Origin: Parvibaculaceae bacterium
GTDB lineage: Bacteria; Pseudomonadota; Alphaproteobacteria; RS24; CBDDDD01
Reading direction: 5' to 3'
Assembly: GCA_965226465.1 (NCBI GenBank)
Contig: OZ245362.1
Coordinates: forward strand, 112,232-176,231
DNA: 64,000 bases
The first letter of the stretch is position 1. Each line of letters opens with the position of its first letter. Positions 29,392-39,568 of the stretch are shown here, in pieces. The position numbers and the translations under genes were made by a program. The notes beneath the pieces were generated by a model. The model was not told where the DNA came from and made no database searches. It was given only the letters and a program-made list of their open reading frames with translations.

Positions 29392-32300
29392 ATGCAGTTT
29401 AAGCAGTTGAAAATTATCGGGTTTAAGTCCTTTATTGAGCCGCTTAGCATTGATATTGAGGAGGGGCTGACGGGGATTGTTGGTCCTAATGGCTGTGGGA
29501 AGTCCAACCTGCTGGAGGCGTTGCGGTGGGTTATGGGGGAGACAAGTTATAAGACCATGCGGGGTGAGGGCATGGAGGATGTTATTTTTTCGGGAACCAA
29601 AGCTCGCCCCGCGCGCAATATGGCGGAGGTGACGCTCATTATTGATAATAGCGCGCGTGATGCGCTGGCGGCGTATAATGATAGCGATGAGATTGAGATT
29701 AATCGGCGGATTGAGCGCGAGACCGGCTCTAGTTATAAAATTAATGGGCATGAGGTGCGGCAGAAAGATGTGCAATTGTTTTTTGCTCATGCGGCAAGTG
29801 GGGCGAAAAGCTCAGGGCTGGTGAGCCAGGGGCGTATTGCGGCGATTATTAATGCCTCGCCCGAAGAGCGCAGAAAGCTTATTGAGGAGGCTGCCGGTAT
29901 TACGGCTCTGCGCGCTCAGCGCCATGATTCTGAGCTTCGCCATAAGGCTACATTGGGGAATTTGGAAAAAGTGGATGCCGACCTTGGCGAAAAGGCGAGC
30001 CAGATGCGCGGGCTGAAAAGGCAGGCTCGGCTTGCGGGGCGCTATCGTAAGCTGACGGAGAATATTCGTAATATGGAGGCGGAGCTGCTTTATATGTCTT
30101 GGCTTCATGCTCGCCAGCAACAGGAAAGAAGTACTTCTGCGCTTGCCGTTTTGCAGGAGGAGATTAGCCGCCTTACGGGGTTGGAGGCGGAAGCGCAGAA
30201 AAACTTTGCGGCTCAGCAGGAAAAAATGCCCGAACTGCTAAAGGCGGAAGCTCAGGCAAGTGCGGCGTTGGCGCGCATTGATATGGAATGTGAGGCGATT
30301 GAAAATAAAAAGGCGAATGCGGAGCGTGAAACCGCACGGCTCACTGAAATGTTGGAGACCATTGCCCAAGATGAGGCGCGCGAAAAAGAGACGCTGAGAG
30401 AGGCGGAGGCTGAAATGGCGGGGGCAAAGGAGAGGGTCGCCCCCTTGCAGGAGCTTATTAATAATCATGAGCAGGCGGTGGCTGAGGCTAGTAGCGTGGT
30501 TAAGCCTATTCGTGAAAAGCAGGAATTGGCGCAGGCGGAGTGGGATAAGACCCATAATATTTCGGCGCAATATGAGGCGGAAGCCCACCAGCTGGAGCGG
30601 GCGCATGAGGAGGCGAGCGGGCGTATTGTTTCTATAAAGAGTAAACTTGCTTCTATGGAGCAGGAGCGCGACCAGCTTGCTTTGAACTTGCAAGAGGGGG
30701 GCGATATGGAGGGGCTTTCTCGTGAGCTTGAGGGGGCGCAGCGTGAGCTTTCTCGTGCTAAGGCACAAGCGGAAAAGGCGGGGGCTAGGCTCTCTGAGTT
30801 GCGTGAAAAATTGGGGGCGTTGGAGGCTTCCCATGAGCGGGCGCATCTTCATTTGCAGGGGCTTTCTGGGCAATATGAGGTGTTGCAGGATATGTTGGAG
30901 GGGGAGGGTAGCGGCTCGGTATTGCAGGAAATCTCTGCTGATGAGGGGTATGGGATTGCGCTGCTTGCGGCTTTGGGGGAGGCGGCGAAGGCTCCGCTAT
31001 CCTCTTGGCAGGCTAGGGGTACGCCTGAGCAAAGCTTACCCGATGGGATTGCTTCGCTTGGGGATTTTGTCAAAAATAAAAAGGCGCTTGCGCCTTTATT
31101 GTCGCAGATTGGGGTGGTTAGTTCTGAGGAAGCCAAGAAGGTTTTGCCTGCGCTTAAAACGGGGCAGATGTTGGTTTCTAAAGAGGGGGATATTTGGCGG
31201 TGGGACGGATATGTTGCTTCGGCGGCGCTGCATTTGGGGAAGAGGAAAGAGTTTGAAACGATAAAGGCTGAGCTTGAGGAAGCCCGCAAAAAGGCGGCGG
31301 CAAGTGAGGAAAGCAGGGGCTTGGCGCGCAAGGAGGCTGAGGAGGCGGCGAGGGAAGATGAGAAGGCGAGGGCTGCATGGGAAGGGGCGCAGGCGCATAT
31401 TGAGGAATTGCGGCGGAAACATGCTGAGTTGCAAAAAGCTTCGCATACGGAGCAAACCAAGTTTGAATTGCTGAAAAGTTCTATTCGCCATGAGCAGGAG
31501 CAGATGAAATCCAATGAGGGGAAGCTTGCTGATATTGAGAAAAAGCGGGAGGCACAAAGTGCTCCACCCATTGAGGGGGCGAAAATTGAGGCGCAGAAAG
31601 AAACATTGGAAGACTATCGCCGGCAATTAATACAGGCGGAGGCGAAAATGGAGGGTGTGGAGCGGCAAAGCAGTGAGGCAAAGGCGCGCTTGCAAGAGTT
31701 GCTTTCGGCGCAAGAGGGCTGTGAGCGGCGGAGTTCTCATGCTTCTGAGCAGATTGTGAAATTGCAGGAGAGGCGGCAAAAAGCCCAAGCGGAGTTGGAG
31801 GAGAATAAGAAAATACCTTCTGCCAGTGAGGAGCAATATCAGAAATTAATGGAGCAGAAGGGGCAATGCGAAACCAGACGCAATGAGGCGGGCGATGTTT
31901 TGGCACGGGAGCAGGAAAAATATGATGGGCTGGATAAGACCCTTAAGGATTGTGGCGGTAAGCTGGGGGAGGCGAGAGAGGGGCGTTCTGCCGAGCAGGT
32001 GCGGGTCAATGCTGCCAAAGAGGATTTGGAGCGGGCGTTGCATAATATGGAGCGTGTTCAGCAATCGCCTGAAGTGCTAGCCGAGGAGCTTGGTGAGCGG
32101 GCGGAGTTCGGTGAGATAAGCTCTGAGCTTTATGCCCAAACTGAGCAAAATATTGATAAGGCTAAAGCCGAGCGTGACACCATGGGGGCGGTTAATCTTG
32201 TTGCCGATAGTGAGGTGGAGGAGTTGGAAACCTTAATTGCTGAGGTTAAGAAAGAGCGTGATGATGTTGAGAAAACCCTAGAATCCCTCAGGCAGAGCAT

Positions 32301-32853
32301 TCGCCATATTAATAAAGAGGCGCGTGGGAAGTTGATGGATGCTTTTGAAAAGGTCAATCAGCATTTTGGCACTTTATTTGCCAGTCTTTTTGGGGGCGGG
32401 AAAGCCTATTTGCAATTTAGCGGGAGCGATGATCCGCTGGAGGCGGAGCTTGAGATTATCGCTACGCCGCCGGGTAAGAAGCCGAAAACATTATCGCTTC
32501 TCTCGGGTGGGGAGCAGACTTTGACGGCGCTCTCGCTTTTATTCTCGGTCTTCTTAACCAATCCTTCACCGATTTGTGTGCTGGATGAGGCGGACGCTCC
32601 GCTTGATGAAGCCAATGTCGCCCGCCTTTGTAACATGCTTGAGGAAATTATCAAAAAAACCAATATTCGTTTTATCATCATCACCCATCATGCCTATACC
32701 ATGGCAAAGGCAAACCGCCTTTATGGGGTTACCATGCAGGAGCAGGGCGTTAGTTTTGTCGCCAGCCTTAATTTGAAAGATGCAGCACAACACGCCATTT
32801 CGCCCGAAAATCAGCACAATCAGCACAGCATAAATGCAGAAAATGCCTCATAA
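29392..32853 (+). CDS. smc: chromosome segregation protein SMC
   Basis: 1153 aa. N-terminal GPNGCGKSN, long coiled coils, and C-terminal LSGGEQTLTALSLLF...LDEADAPLD. Confidence 0.9.
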   Translation: MQFKQLKIIGFKSFIEPLSIDIEEGLTGIVGPNGCGKSNLLEALRWVMGETSYKTMRGEGMEDVIFSGTKARPARNMAEVTLIIDNSARDALAAYNDSDEIEINRRIERETGSSYKINGHEVRQKDVQLFFAHAASGAKSSGLVSQGRIAAIINASPEERRKLIEEAAGITALRAQRHDSELRHKATLGNLEKVDADLGEKASQMRGLKRQARLAGRYRKLTENIRNMEAELLYMSWLHARQQQERSTSALAVLQEEISRLTGLEAEAQKNFAAQQEKMPELLKAEAQASAALARIDMECEAIENKKANAERETARLTEMLETIAQDEAREKETLREAEAEMAGAKERVAPLQELINNHEQAVAEASSVVKPIREKQELAQAEWDKTHNISAQYEAEAHQLERAHEEASGRIVSIKSKLASMEQERDQLALNLQEGGDMEGLSRELEGAQRELSRAKAQAEKAGARLSELREKLGALEASHERAHLHLQGLSGQYEVLQDMLEGEGSGSVLQEISADEGYGIALLAALGEAAKAPLSSWQARGTPEQSLPDGIASLGDFVKNKKALAPLLSQIGVVSSEEAKKVLPALKTGQMLVSKEGDIWRWDGYVASAALHLGKRKEFETIKAELEEARKKAAASEESRGLARKEAEEAAREDEKARAAWEGAQAHIEELRRKHAELQKASHTEQTKFELLKSSIRHEQEQMKSNEGKLADIEKKREAQSAPPIEGAKIEAQKETLEDYRRQLIQAEAKMEGVERQSSEAKARLQELLSAQEGCERRSSHASEQIVKLQERRQKAQAELEENKKIPSASEEQYQKLMEQKGQCETRRNEAGDVLAREQEKYDGLDKTLKDCGGKLGEAREGRSAEQVRVNAAKEDLERALHNMERVQQSPEVLAEELGERAEFGEISSELYAQTEQNIDKAKAERDTMGAVNLVADSEVEELETLIAEVKKERDDVEKTLESLRQSIRHINKEARGKLMDAFEKVNQHFGTLFASLFGGGKAYLQFSGSDDPLEAELEIIATPPGKKPKTLSLLSGGEQTLTALSLLFSVFLTNPSPICVLDEADAPLDEANVARLCNMLEEIIKKTNIRFIIITHHAYTMAKANRLYGVTMQEQGVSFVASLNLKDAAQHAISPENQHNQHSINAENAS

Positions 32854-33148
32854 GAAAAATACAGCCTTGCGCTCCGTTCGTAATCGGGTAAAACAAGCCA
32901 AAGCAAAACAAATAAATCCTGTGGAGGATGAAAATGCAGCCAAGAGAGCAAAGGGATATGCCATCGCTTTTCGGTTATCTACCGAGTTTGTCGCCGCACC
33001 CCTCATCGCCTGCTTCATCGGCTGGAGCTTGGATAAAGCCTTTAACACCAAGCCCTTTCTCATGCTCCTTTTCTTTTTCCTTGGCGTTGCCGCTGGCGGG
33101 CTTAATGTCGTGAGAGCCGCAAAAGAGATGAATAAAAATGGCAGATAA
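32834..33148 (+). CDS. ATP synthase protein I-like (AtpI/AtpZ)
   Basis: Small two-TM protein immediately upstream of atpB. Confidence 0.5.
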   Translation: MQKMPHKKNTALRSVRNRVKQAKAKQINPVEDENAAKRAKGYAIAFRLSTEFVAAPLIACFIGWSLDKAFNTKPFLMLLFFFLGVAAGGLNVVRAAKEMNKNGR

Positions 33149-33911
33149 TTCACATCATATTGAAAATGGCGCAACGCACGCTTTTGACCCTATGCATCAG
33201 TTTGAGTTGAAAAAAATATTTGAGCTGCCGCAGATTGGCGGGCTGGATATTTCCTTTACCAATTCCTCGCTTTGGATGCTTATTGCTATTTTTTCTATTT
33301 CGCTTTTTATGATTTTTGCCACCAGACGCAAAAATATCGTGCCGACCAGAATGCAAAGTCTTGCCGAAATTGCTTATGAGTTTGTCGCCAATATGGTCAG
33401 GGATAATGTCGGGACGCAGGGGCAGAAATATTTTCCCTTTATCTTTTCGCTTTTTATGTTTGTGCTTTTTTGCAATATGTTGGGAATGTTGCCTTATAGT
33501 TTTACCGTGACCAGTCATATTAGTGTTACCTTGGCACTTGCCATGATGGTGTTTCTTGGTGTCACTTTTATCGGTTTTGCCAAGCATGGGGTCGGGTTTC
33601 TGAAATTATTTGTGCCAAGTGGTATTCCGATTATCCTGCTACCTTTGCTGGTGGTCATTGAGATTATTTCTTATCTATCGCGCCCGATAAGCCTGTCAGT
33701 AAGGCTTTTCGCCAATATGTTTGCTGGGCACACCATGCTTAAGGTTTTTGCCAGCTTCGTCATATCGCTCGGCTTTCTCGGAGGTTGGGCACCGCTCGGA
33801 TTTATGGTTGTATTCACAGGCTTGGAAATGCTAATCGCTTTCTTGCAAGCCTATGTCTTTGCCATATTAACCTGCATCTATCTTAATGATGCTATTCATA
33901 TGAACCACTAA
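33138..33911 (+). CDS. atpB: F0F1 ATP synthase subunit a
   Basis: LSVRLFANMFAGH motif, multiple TM helices, operon context. Confidence 0.9.
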   Translation: MADNSHHIENGATHAFDPMHQFELKKIFELPQIGGLDISFTNSSLWMLIAIFSISLFMIFATRRKNIVPTRMQSLAEIAYEFVANMVRDNVGTQGQKYFPFIFSLFMFVLFCNMLGMLPYSFTVTSHISVTLALAMMVFLGVTFIGFAKHGVGFLKLFVPSGIPIILLPLLVVIEIISYLSRPISLSVRLFANMFAGHTMLKVFASFVISLGFLGGWAPLGFMVVFTGLEMLIAFLQAYVFAILTCIYLNDAIHMNH

Positions 33912-33936
33912 CCAAACCAATAATGGAGGAAAAATC

Positions 33937-34164
33937 ATGGAAGCAGAAGCAGCAAAATATATAGGAGCCGGTATCGCATGTGTCGCCTTAGCGGGTGCTG
34001 GGGTCGGTATCGGGATTATCTTCGGGAATTATCTCGCAGGTGCTTTGCGGAACCCGGGAGCGGCGCAATCGCAGTTCGCCAATCTCTTGCTCGGCTTTGC
34101 CTTAGCAGAGGCGACGGGACTTTTCGGGCTGGTCGTCGCACTTATCCTGCTCTTTGCCATTTAA
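33937..34164 (+). CDS. atpE: F0F1 ATP synthase subunit c
   Basis: 75-aa hairpin proteolipid with the string LGFALAEATGLF. Confidence 0.9.
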   Translation: MEAEAAKYIGAGIACVALAGAGVGIGIIFGNYLAGALRNPGAAQSQFANLLLGFALAEATGLFGLVVALILLFAI

Positions 34165-34177
34165 GTAAGGAGGGCTT

Positions 34178-34633
34178 ATGCCGCAATTTGATGCACCCAT
34201 GCTCGGCCCGCAGCTTTTTTGGCTGGCGGTCTGTTTTGGCATTTTATATTTCATCATGTCCGCCTATGTGCTGCCGCGCATGGCGAGCCTTTTTGAGGAA
34301 AGGCGCGATAAAATTGCCGATGATGTGGATATGGCGCAAAAGCTGCAAAGCGAGGCGGAGCAGGCTTGTGAAAGCTATGAGAGCGAGCTTGCCAAGGCGC
34401 GCTTGGGTGCGAGCGCGCTGATTGCCAAAAAGCGCTCGGAGCTTGGTAAGGAAAATGATAAGAAGCGGGCGGTGCTGGCGGGGAAGCTTTCTGAAAAGGA
34501 AAAAGAGGCAATTGCCTCTTTGGAGAAAACCGGTGCCAAAGCCATGCAGCAAGCCAATGAGATATCGGGTGCGTTAGTCGGCGAGATTGTTGATAGGATT
34601 TGTCATCTTGCTGAGAAGGGGGCGGGGAAATAG
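34178..34633 (+). CDS. F0F1 ATP synthase subunit b'
   Basis: Single TM helix plus a long charged helix. It is the first of two b-type genes, as in alphaproteobacteria. Confidence 0.7.
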   Translation: MPQFDAPMLGPQLFWLAVCFGILYFIMSAYVLPRMASLFEERRDKIADDVDMAQKLQSEAEQACESYESELAKARLGASALIAKKRSELGKENDKKRAVLAGKLSEKEKEAIASLEKTGAKAMQQANEISGALVGEIVDRICHLAEKGAGK

Positions 34634-34635
34634 TC

Positions 34636-35118
34636 ATGTTTGATGCTTCCTTTTTTGTGGCGATTGCGTTTTTTGGGGTGATTGGGCTGTTTGTCTATTT
34701 GAAAGTGCCACGCAAAATTATTGCCGCCTTGGATGCGCGCTCCAAAGCCATTGCCGATGAGCTTGAGGAAGCCCGCCGCTTGCGCGAGGATGCTCAAAAG
34801 CTGTTTGCTCAATATCAGAGAAATCAGCGTGATGGGGAAAGGGAGGCGGAGAATATTCTCGCCCTTGCCAAGAAGGAGGCGGAAAGCCTTGCCAAAGATG
34901 CGGAGAAGAAGATTACTGCTGAGATGAAGGCTCGCACGCGCATTGCGGAGGAAAAAATTGCGCAAGCGGAGGCGCAGATTATTCAGAAGATTCAAAAACT
35001 TGCTGCCGAGACCGCCATAAAGGGGGCGGAGGAAATGCTCACCAAAAAGCTTTCGGAAAAACAGCAGAAAAAAAATATTGATAAAACTATCAGAGAATTA
35101 TCTGATAAGCTCCATTAA
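34636..35118 (+). CDS. atpF: F0F1 ATP synthase subunit b
   Basis: Single TM helix plus a long charged helix. Second b-type gene of the operon. Confidence 0.75.
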   Translation: MFDASFFVAIAFFGVIGLFVYLKVPRKIIAALDARSKAIADELEEARRLREDAQKLFAQYQRNQRDGEREAENILALAKKEAESLAKDAEKKITAEMKARTRIAEEKIAQAEAQIIQKIQKLAAETAIKGAEEMLTKKLSEKQQKKNIDKTIRELSDKLH

Positions 35119-35802
35119 ATGATATCGGTGATTATTCCAACGCTGAATGTTGGGGCAGTCCTGCCCGCATGCTTGCAAAGCCTTGTGCCTGCTTCTATGG
35201 AGGGGCTGGTGAGCGAGGTGCTTATTATTGATGGCGGCTCCAGCGATGATAGTGCTGAGATTGCGGAGAAAAGGGGTGCCAGGCTTATCCGCTCCAAGAA
35301 AAGGGGGCGGGGGGTGCAGATGGCATTGGGGGCGAAGCGGGCTAAGGGGGAATGGCTGCTTTTTCTTCATGCCGATGTGGTGCTTTCTGAAAAATGGATG
35401 GAGGAGGGGCGGGGCTTTCTGCTGCAATCTGCGCCTTTTAAGGCAGGGGCGTTTCGGTTTGCTTTGGAGAAAAAAACGCGTGCTGCTAGGCTTATGCAGT
35501 GGCTTGTCTATTGGCGGTGTGCGCTTTTTGGGCTTAGTTATGGTGACCAAGGGCTGCTTATTCATAGGAGTCATTATGAAAAAGTGGGGGGCTTTAAGCC
35601 TCAAGAAATTATGGAGGATGTGGATATGGTGCGGCGTATCGGCAAGAAAAATCTCGTCATGTTGAAAAGCCCTATTCTTATTTCGGATAGGCGGCATGAG
35701 GAGGATGGGTATTTGCGCCGCTCCTGTAAAAATCTGTTTTGTGTCGCCCTTTATTTTTGTAAGGTGCCGCTTTCCACCATTGCCAGGATTTATTATTCAT
35801 GA
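35119..35802 (+). CDS. family 2 glycosyltransferase
   Basis: VIIPTLN...IIDGGSSDDS...FLHAD motifs. Confidence 0.75.
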   Translation: MISVIIPTLNVGAVLPACLQSLVPASMEGLVSEVLIIDGGSSDDSAEIAEKRGARLIRSKKRGRGVQMALGAKRAKGEWLLFLHADVVLSEKWMEEGRGFLLQSAPFKAGAFRFALEKKTRAARLMQWLVYWRCALFGLSYGDQGLLIHRSHYEKVGGFKPQEIMEDVDMVRRIGKKNLVMLKSPILISDRRHEEDGYLRRSCKNLFCVALYFCKVPLSTIARIYYS

Positions 35803-36455
35803 GGCGGAATATATTGGTTCTGTTTTTGCGCTTTCCGATGCTGGGGCAGGGGAAGACGCGCCTTGCTAAGGATATTGGTAGTGCGGCGGCGGTATGTTTT
35901 CAGCGCCATAGTATTGCGCGCCTTATTCGTAATCTTAATGGCTCGCCGCTTTGGGAGCTTCGGCTTCTTATGACGCCTGACCGTGCCCGATATGAGATGC
36001 CGTTTGCACCGCTTCTTCCGCTGCCGCAAGGGGGGGGGAGTTTTGGGGAGCGGTTGTTTCATATTTTTTCATTGTTTCCTGGTGCCAATATCATGATTAT
36101 CGGGTCTGACCAGCCTTATCTTGAGGCGGGGACTATTGCTCATGCGTTCAAAATGCTTGGCTCTCATCATGCGGTTATCGGTCCTGCTAAGGATGGGGGG
36201 TTTTATCTTTGTGGGTTTGCACCGCGCCCTTTTGCGCCTTTTGGGGCGGGGCGGTTTTCTGAAAATCCGTTTCGGAATATACGCTTTTCTACCCGCTTTG
36301 CTGGTGCTGATTTATTGCGTAATCTCAAGCCTTATAAGACGGCTTTGCTTGCGCCGATGGAGGATGTGGACTGTGCGGCGAGCCTGAAAAGGGCTAAAGC
36401 AGAAGCTCTGCCAAATTGCAGGGGCGGCTCCTTCTATCAAGGTGGAAGCGGATAA
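35799..36455 (+). CDS. DUF2064-family protein (nucleotidyltransferase-like)
   Basis: N-terminal VLFLRFPMLGQGKTRLA string. Paired with the upstream GT2, as often seen for this family. Confidence 0.55.
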   Translation: MRRNILVLFLRFPMLGQGKTRLAKDIGSAAAVCFQRHSIARLIRNLNGSPLWELRLLMTPDRARYEMPFAPLLPLPQGGGSFGERLFHIFSLFPGANIMIIGSDQPYLEAGTIAHAFKMLGSHHAVIGPAKDGGFYLCGFAPRPFAPFGAGRFSENPFRNIRFSTRFAGADLLRNLKPYKTALLAPMEDVDCAASLKRAKAEALPNCRGGSFYQGGSG

Positions 36456-36912
36456 TCTGCCAGCCATCCTTGCAGGCATTGGGGGAGCCGGGAAGTGAAA
36501 ACAGGCATGTCTTTTGGACAAGCCCGGCACTTGCTCGTGAGAGCAGGGTGGAGAAGCCAATTTTCTCTAAACTTTTTTGGTGGAAGAGGAGCGAAAAGCC
36601 TTCTATCTCTTTTTCATATAGGCTGTGAAAGGCTTCGGGGGTTACGTCTTTTTGATATAAGCCCGTGCCGCCTGTGGCGATGATGGCGTGGATGGTTTTG
36701 TCGCCTATCCATGTTTTTGCTTGGGCGGTAATCTTATTTTTGTCGTCGGCTATGATGGCTTGGGCGATGAGGTGGTGTCCCTCCTCTTGGGTTTTTTTTG
36801 CAAGCCAGTTGCCTGAGATGTCATTTTCCCGCTTGCGGGTGTCGGAAATGGTCATGACCGCAATTCCTAGAGGCGTGAAAGCCTGCTCGGCGTTATCGGG
36901 GTTTTGTGGCAT
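36394..36912 (-). CDS. moaB: molybdenum cofactor biosynthesis protein B (MoaB/MogA fold)
   Basis: ISDTR...IIATGGTG...LPGSP motifs. Confidence 0.7.
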   Translation of the reverse strand: MPQNPDNAEQAFTPLGIAVMTISDTRKRENDISGNWLAKKTQEEGHHLIAQAIIADDKNKITAQAKTWIGDKTIHAIIATGGTGLYQKDVTPEAFHSLYEKEIEGFSLLFHQKSLEKIGFSTLLSRASAGLVQKTCLFSLPGSPNACKDGWQIIRFHLDRRSRPCNLAELLL

Positions 36913-38701
36913 GTGCCTGTTTATCCTCCGCCTTTATGCCATTATTTTTGTCCAAAGATAGGTAAAGCGGCCAAAGTCCTGCCGCCAATGCGTCAAGGCT
37001 CGGCGTGTCTTGTCCAAGCCTTTTGCGATATGCCCATAAATTGGTCAGAACATTTGCGAGATAATGGCGGGTTTCGCGAACGGGGAGGCTTTCCAGAAAC
37101 AGCAGGGGGTCGCCGTCAAATTGAACATCCTTGAACCAGCGGCGCATATTGCCCGGTCCCGCATTATAGGCACCCAATGCGAAAACAAGATTGTTTTTTG
37201 CGGTTTCGTTTTTGAGCATAATCTCCAAATATTCTTGCCCTAAATCCAGATTTAGCTCATCGCGGTAAAGCTTGTCGCGCCCGGTGCGGCGCCTCAGGCT
37301 CTTATCCTTGCTGATGAAAGCTGCCGTGGTCGGCATGAGCTGCATAAGTCCTCTTGCGCCCGCCGAGCTTTTTGCTCGCCGTTTGAAGCCGCTCTCCTGT
37401 CTTATGAGGGCGAGCAATAGGGCTTGGTCTAGGGTGAAGCCGCTTTCTGGCTCATAGGAGGGGACGGGGAAAAGTCCTGCGGGAACCGCCATGATGCCGG
37501 TGGTGAGGTCGTGGCGTATCTCGTCGGCAACCGCAATTTGTAGGGCGGCGAAGCCTTCGCTTTCGGCAAGGGAAATAAGCGCCGAATCCAATTGGGAGGA
37601 GAGCCTGCCATGCAGGGTGAGAAGTTCGCCCTCGCCCATCTCGCCCCTGCCTATCTGGTTGAGGGCGCGCGCTCTTTGCACCGCTTTATGGTTTCTAAGC
37701 TTCTCTATCTCCTCGCCATTGCCGCCCGAAAATATCCAGCTTATCTGTATGGGTCCGTAAAGCCTGCGCTCTGCCAGCATGGCGTAGAAGTGCAAGCCCT
37801 GATCGCGCGCGAAGTTTAGAAACTGCACGGCTTTTTTGTCATTACCAAGAATAATATGGCAACGTGCCGCCCAGAATGCGCCTGCGGCGCGCTCGTCATT
37901 TTCGGAAAAGGCGGCTTTTGAGAGGCGGGTGAAATGCTCGGCGGCTTTTTCATATTCGCCAATCCGCCATGCGGCAAGTCCGGCATACCAGTTAATTTCG
38001 GGTATTTCTTTTTGTGAGCGGGAGGCTTGTAGGGAAATCTTATAGCTGAGCTCCGGCTTGTGCTCTATGAAATAGGAGCGGGCTATCCAGCTTTTTAGTA
38101 AATCGGTCTCGGCGGCTTTTAAGTGTCTGTCCTGCTCAGGGCGCAAAATATAGCGCAATGCCTGAGAGGGGCGTTCAATCTGGATGAGCTTTCTGACCTC
38201 ATTTCTAACCTTTTTTGATTCCCTTGTTTGAAAAAGGGGAACTCTTTGTACGAGCGGGCGGGCAATGCCGCCTGTGTTTCTATAGACTCTTTTATTGGGG
38301 GAGGGCGGCATTTTGGCGTTATGGGGGCGGCGGCGTTTGGCGAGATAGTAAATATTCCAGGCACCCGGATGGTCGGAATAATTGCGGAGCCAGTTTCTTA
38401 GCTCAAGCCAGCCTGTGCGATAGGAGGTATCAAGAATATAACGTTGATAGAGAATATGCCCTAAGAGGAACTTATTTTCCAAGCGTCCGACTAAAATATC
38501 GGCTTCCTTCCAAAACCCGCCATCCTGCAGGTTGAAAATCTGCTCATATAGATAGCGGTCATCGGAGCTTAGTAAATCCGTACCCCAGCGGCTTTCGGGA
38601 TAGGGCAAGGGGGGCGGATAGGTGCGTGACTTCTCCTGGGCATTGGCAAAGCTAAGCCCCGCCTGCCCCATAAGAACGAGCAAAAAGAAAAACTGCCTCA
38701 T
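36893..38701 (-). CDS. soluble lytic murein transglycosylase (Slt70-like)
   Basis: Signal peptide, superhelical N-terminal region, and an SLT domain with IRQESGF, GLMQLMP and AYNAGPG. Start at ATG 38701, in an ATGA overlap with the udg stop. Confidence 0.8.
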   Translation of the reverse strand: MRQFFFLLVLMGQAGLSFANAQEKSRTYPPPLPYPESRWGTDLLSSDDRYLYEQIFNLQDGGFWKEADILVGRLENKFLLGHILYQRYILDTSYRTGWLELRNWLRNYSDHPGAWNIYYLAKRRRPHNAKMPPSPNKRVYRNTGGIARPLVQRVPLFQTRESKKVRNEVRKLIQIERPSQALRYILRPEQDRHLKAAETDLLKSWIARSYFIEHKPELSYKISLQASRSQKEIPEINWYAGLAAWRIGEYEKAAEHFTRLSKAAFSENDERAAGAFWAARCHIILGNDKKAVQFLNFARDQGLHFYAMLAERRLYGPIQISWIFSGGNGEEIEKLRNHKAVQRARALNQIGRGEMGEGELLTLHGRLSSQLDSALISLAESEGFAALQIAVADEIRHDLTTGIMAVPAGLFPVPSYEPESGFTLDQALLLALIRQESGFKRRAKSSAGARGLMQLMPTTAAFISKDKSLRRRTGRDKLYRDELNLDLGQEYLEIMLKNETAKNNLVFALGAYNAGPGNMRRWFKDVQFDGDPLLFLESLPVRETRHYLANVLTNLWAYRKRLGQDTPSLDALAAGLWPLYLSLDKNNGIKAEDKQAHATKPR

Positions 38702-39489
38702 CAATGTTTTTTCTCCAGTCTTTCCCCGAAGCGTAACCAATCTTGCCATGCTTCTTCTTTGCGAAGGGGCTGGCGTAATAGATAGGCGGGATGGAGCATC
38801 GCCATCGCCTCTATCTTTATAGCATGTTTTTCATACGGAAACCAATTGCCGCGTAATTGTGTGATGCCTTGCGTCTGCCCCAATATATTCTTTGTGGCGA
38901 TATTTCCTATACATATTAAAAACTTTGGCGCCATCAGCTCTATGTGACGCTCAATAAAGGGCTTGCAAAGGGCTATCTCATCGGGGCGGGGGGCGCGGTT
39001 TCCTGCAGGGCGCCAGAAAACTGTATTGGTGATATAGACCTGCTCTCGGGTAAGCCCGATATATTTCATCATCTCATCCATAAGCCTGCCGCTTTCGCCG
39101 ACAAAGGGCAGACCTTTTCTGTCCTCTTCTCTTCCGGGTGCTTCGCCTATCAGCATGATGTCGGCATTTTGGTTGCCGTCGGCAAAAACGGTGTTCTTTG
39201 CCATTTTGGATAGGGCGCAGCCTTTGAAGCCGCATAATGCTTTATATAAATCATCAATGCTCTTGCAGTTTTTGGCAAGCTCGTCTGCCTCTTTTTGGGC
39301 GGTGGTATCAATGAGGGGGGGAGGTGTTTTTATGGGGGTGAGGGTTGGCTTTTGGTGGGGAGTTGTCTGCCTCGTCTTTGCTTCCGAAAAGCGGTCTATC
39401 GGGTCTTTTTGCAAAAACTCGTCGGCGCCTGCCTCTATATGGCGCTCCAAAAGCTCCAATGCTTGCTCTTTTGACATCTCTTTATCCAT
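38701..39489 (-). CDS. uracil-DNA glycosylase, family 4
   Basis: IMLIGEAPGREEDRKGLPFVGESGRLM motif, and HPAYLLR near the C-terminus. Confidence 0.85.
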   Translation of the reverse strand: MDKEMSKEQALELLERHIEAGADEFLQKDPIDRFSEAKTRQTTPHQKPTLTPIKTPPPLIDTTAQKEADELAKNCKSIDDLYKALCGFKGCALSKMAKNTVFADGNQNADIMLIGEAPGREEDRKGLPFVGESGRLMDEMMKYIGLTREQVYITNTVFWRPAGNRAPRPDEIALCKPFIERHIELMAPKFLICIGNIATKNILGQTQGITQLRGNWFPYEKHAIKIEAMAMLHPAYLLRQPLRKEEAWQDWLRFGERLEKKH

Positions 39490-39568
39490 GACGGGCTATC
39501 TTACGCCCTTTGCGGGGGGAAACAATAAAAACTATTGGCGTTTTGGCAAAAAAGCGCATAATGCGGAA

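Noticed and set aside
36394-36455. 62-nt convergent overlap between the DUF2064 gene and moaB as a possible antisense regulatory arrangement.
   Set aside because: It is more likely ordinary 3'-end overlap or slight over-extension of one ORF. Nothing in the sequence supports a regulatory function.
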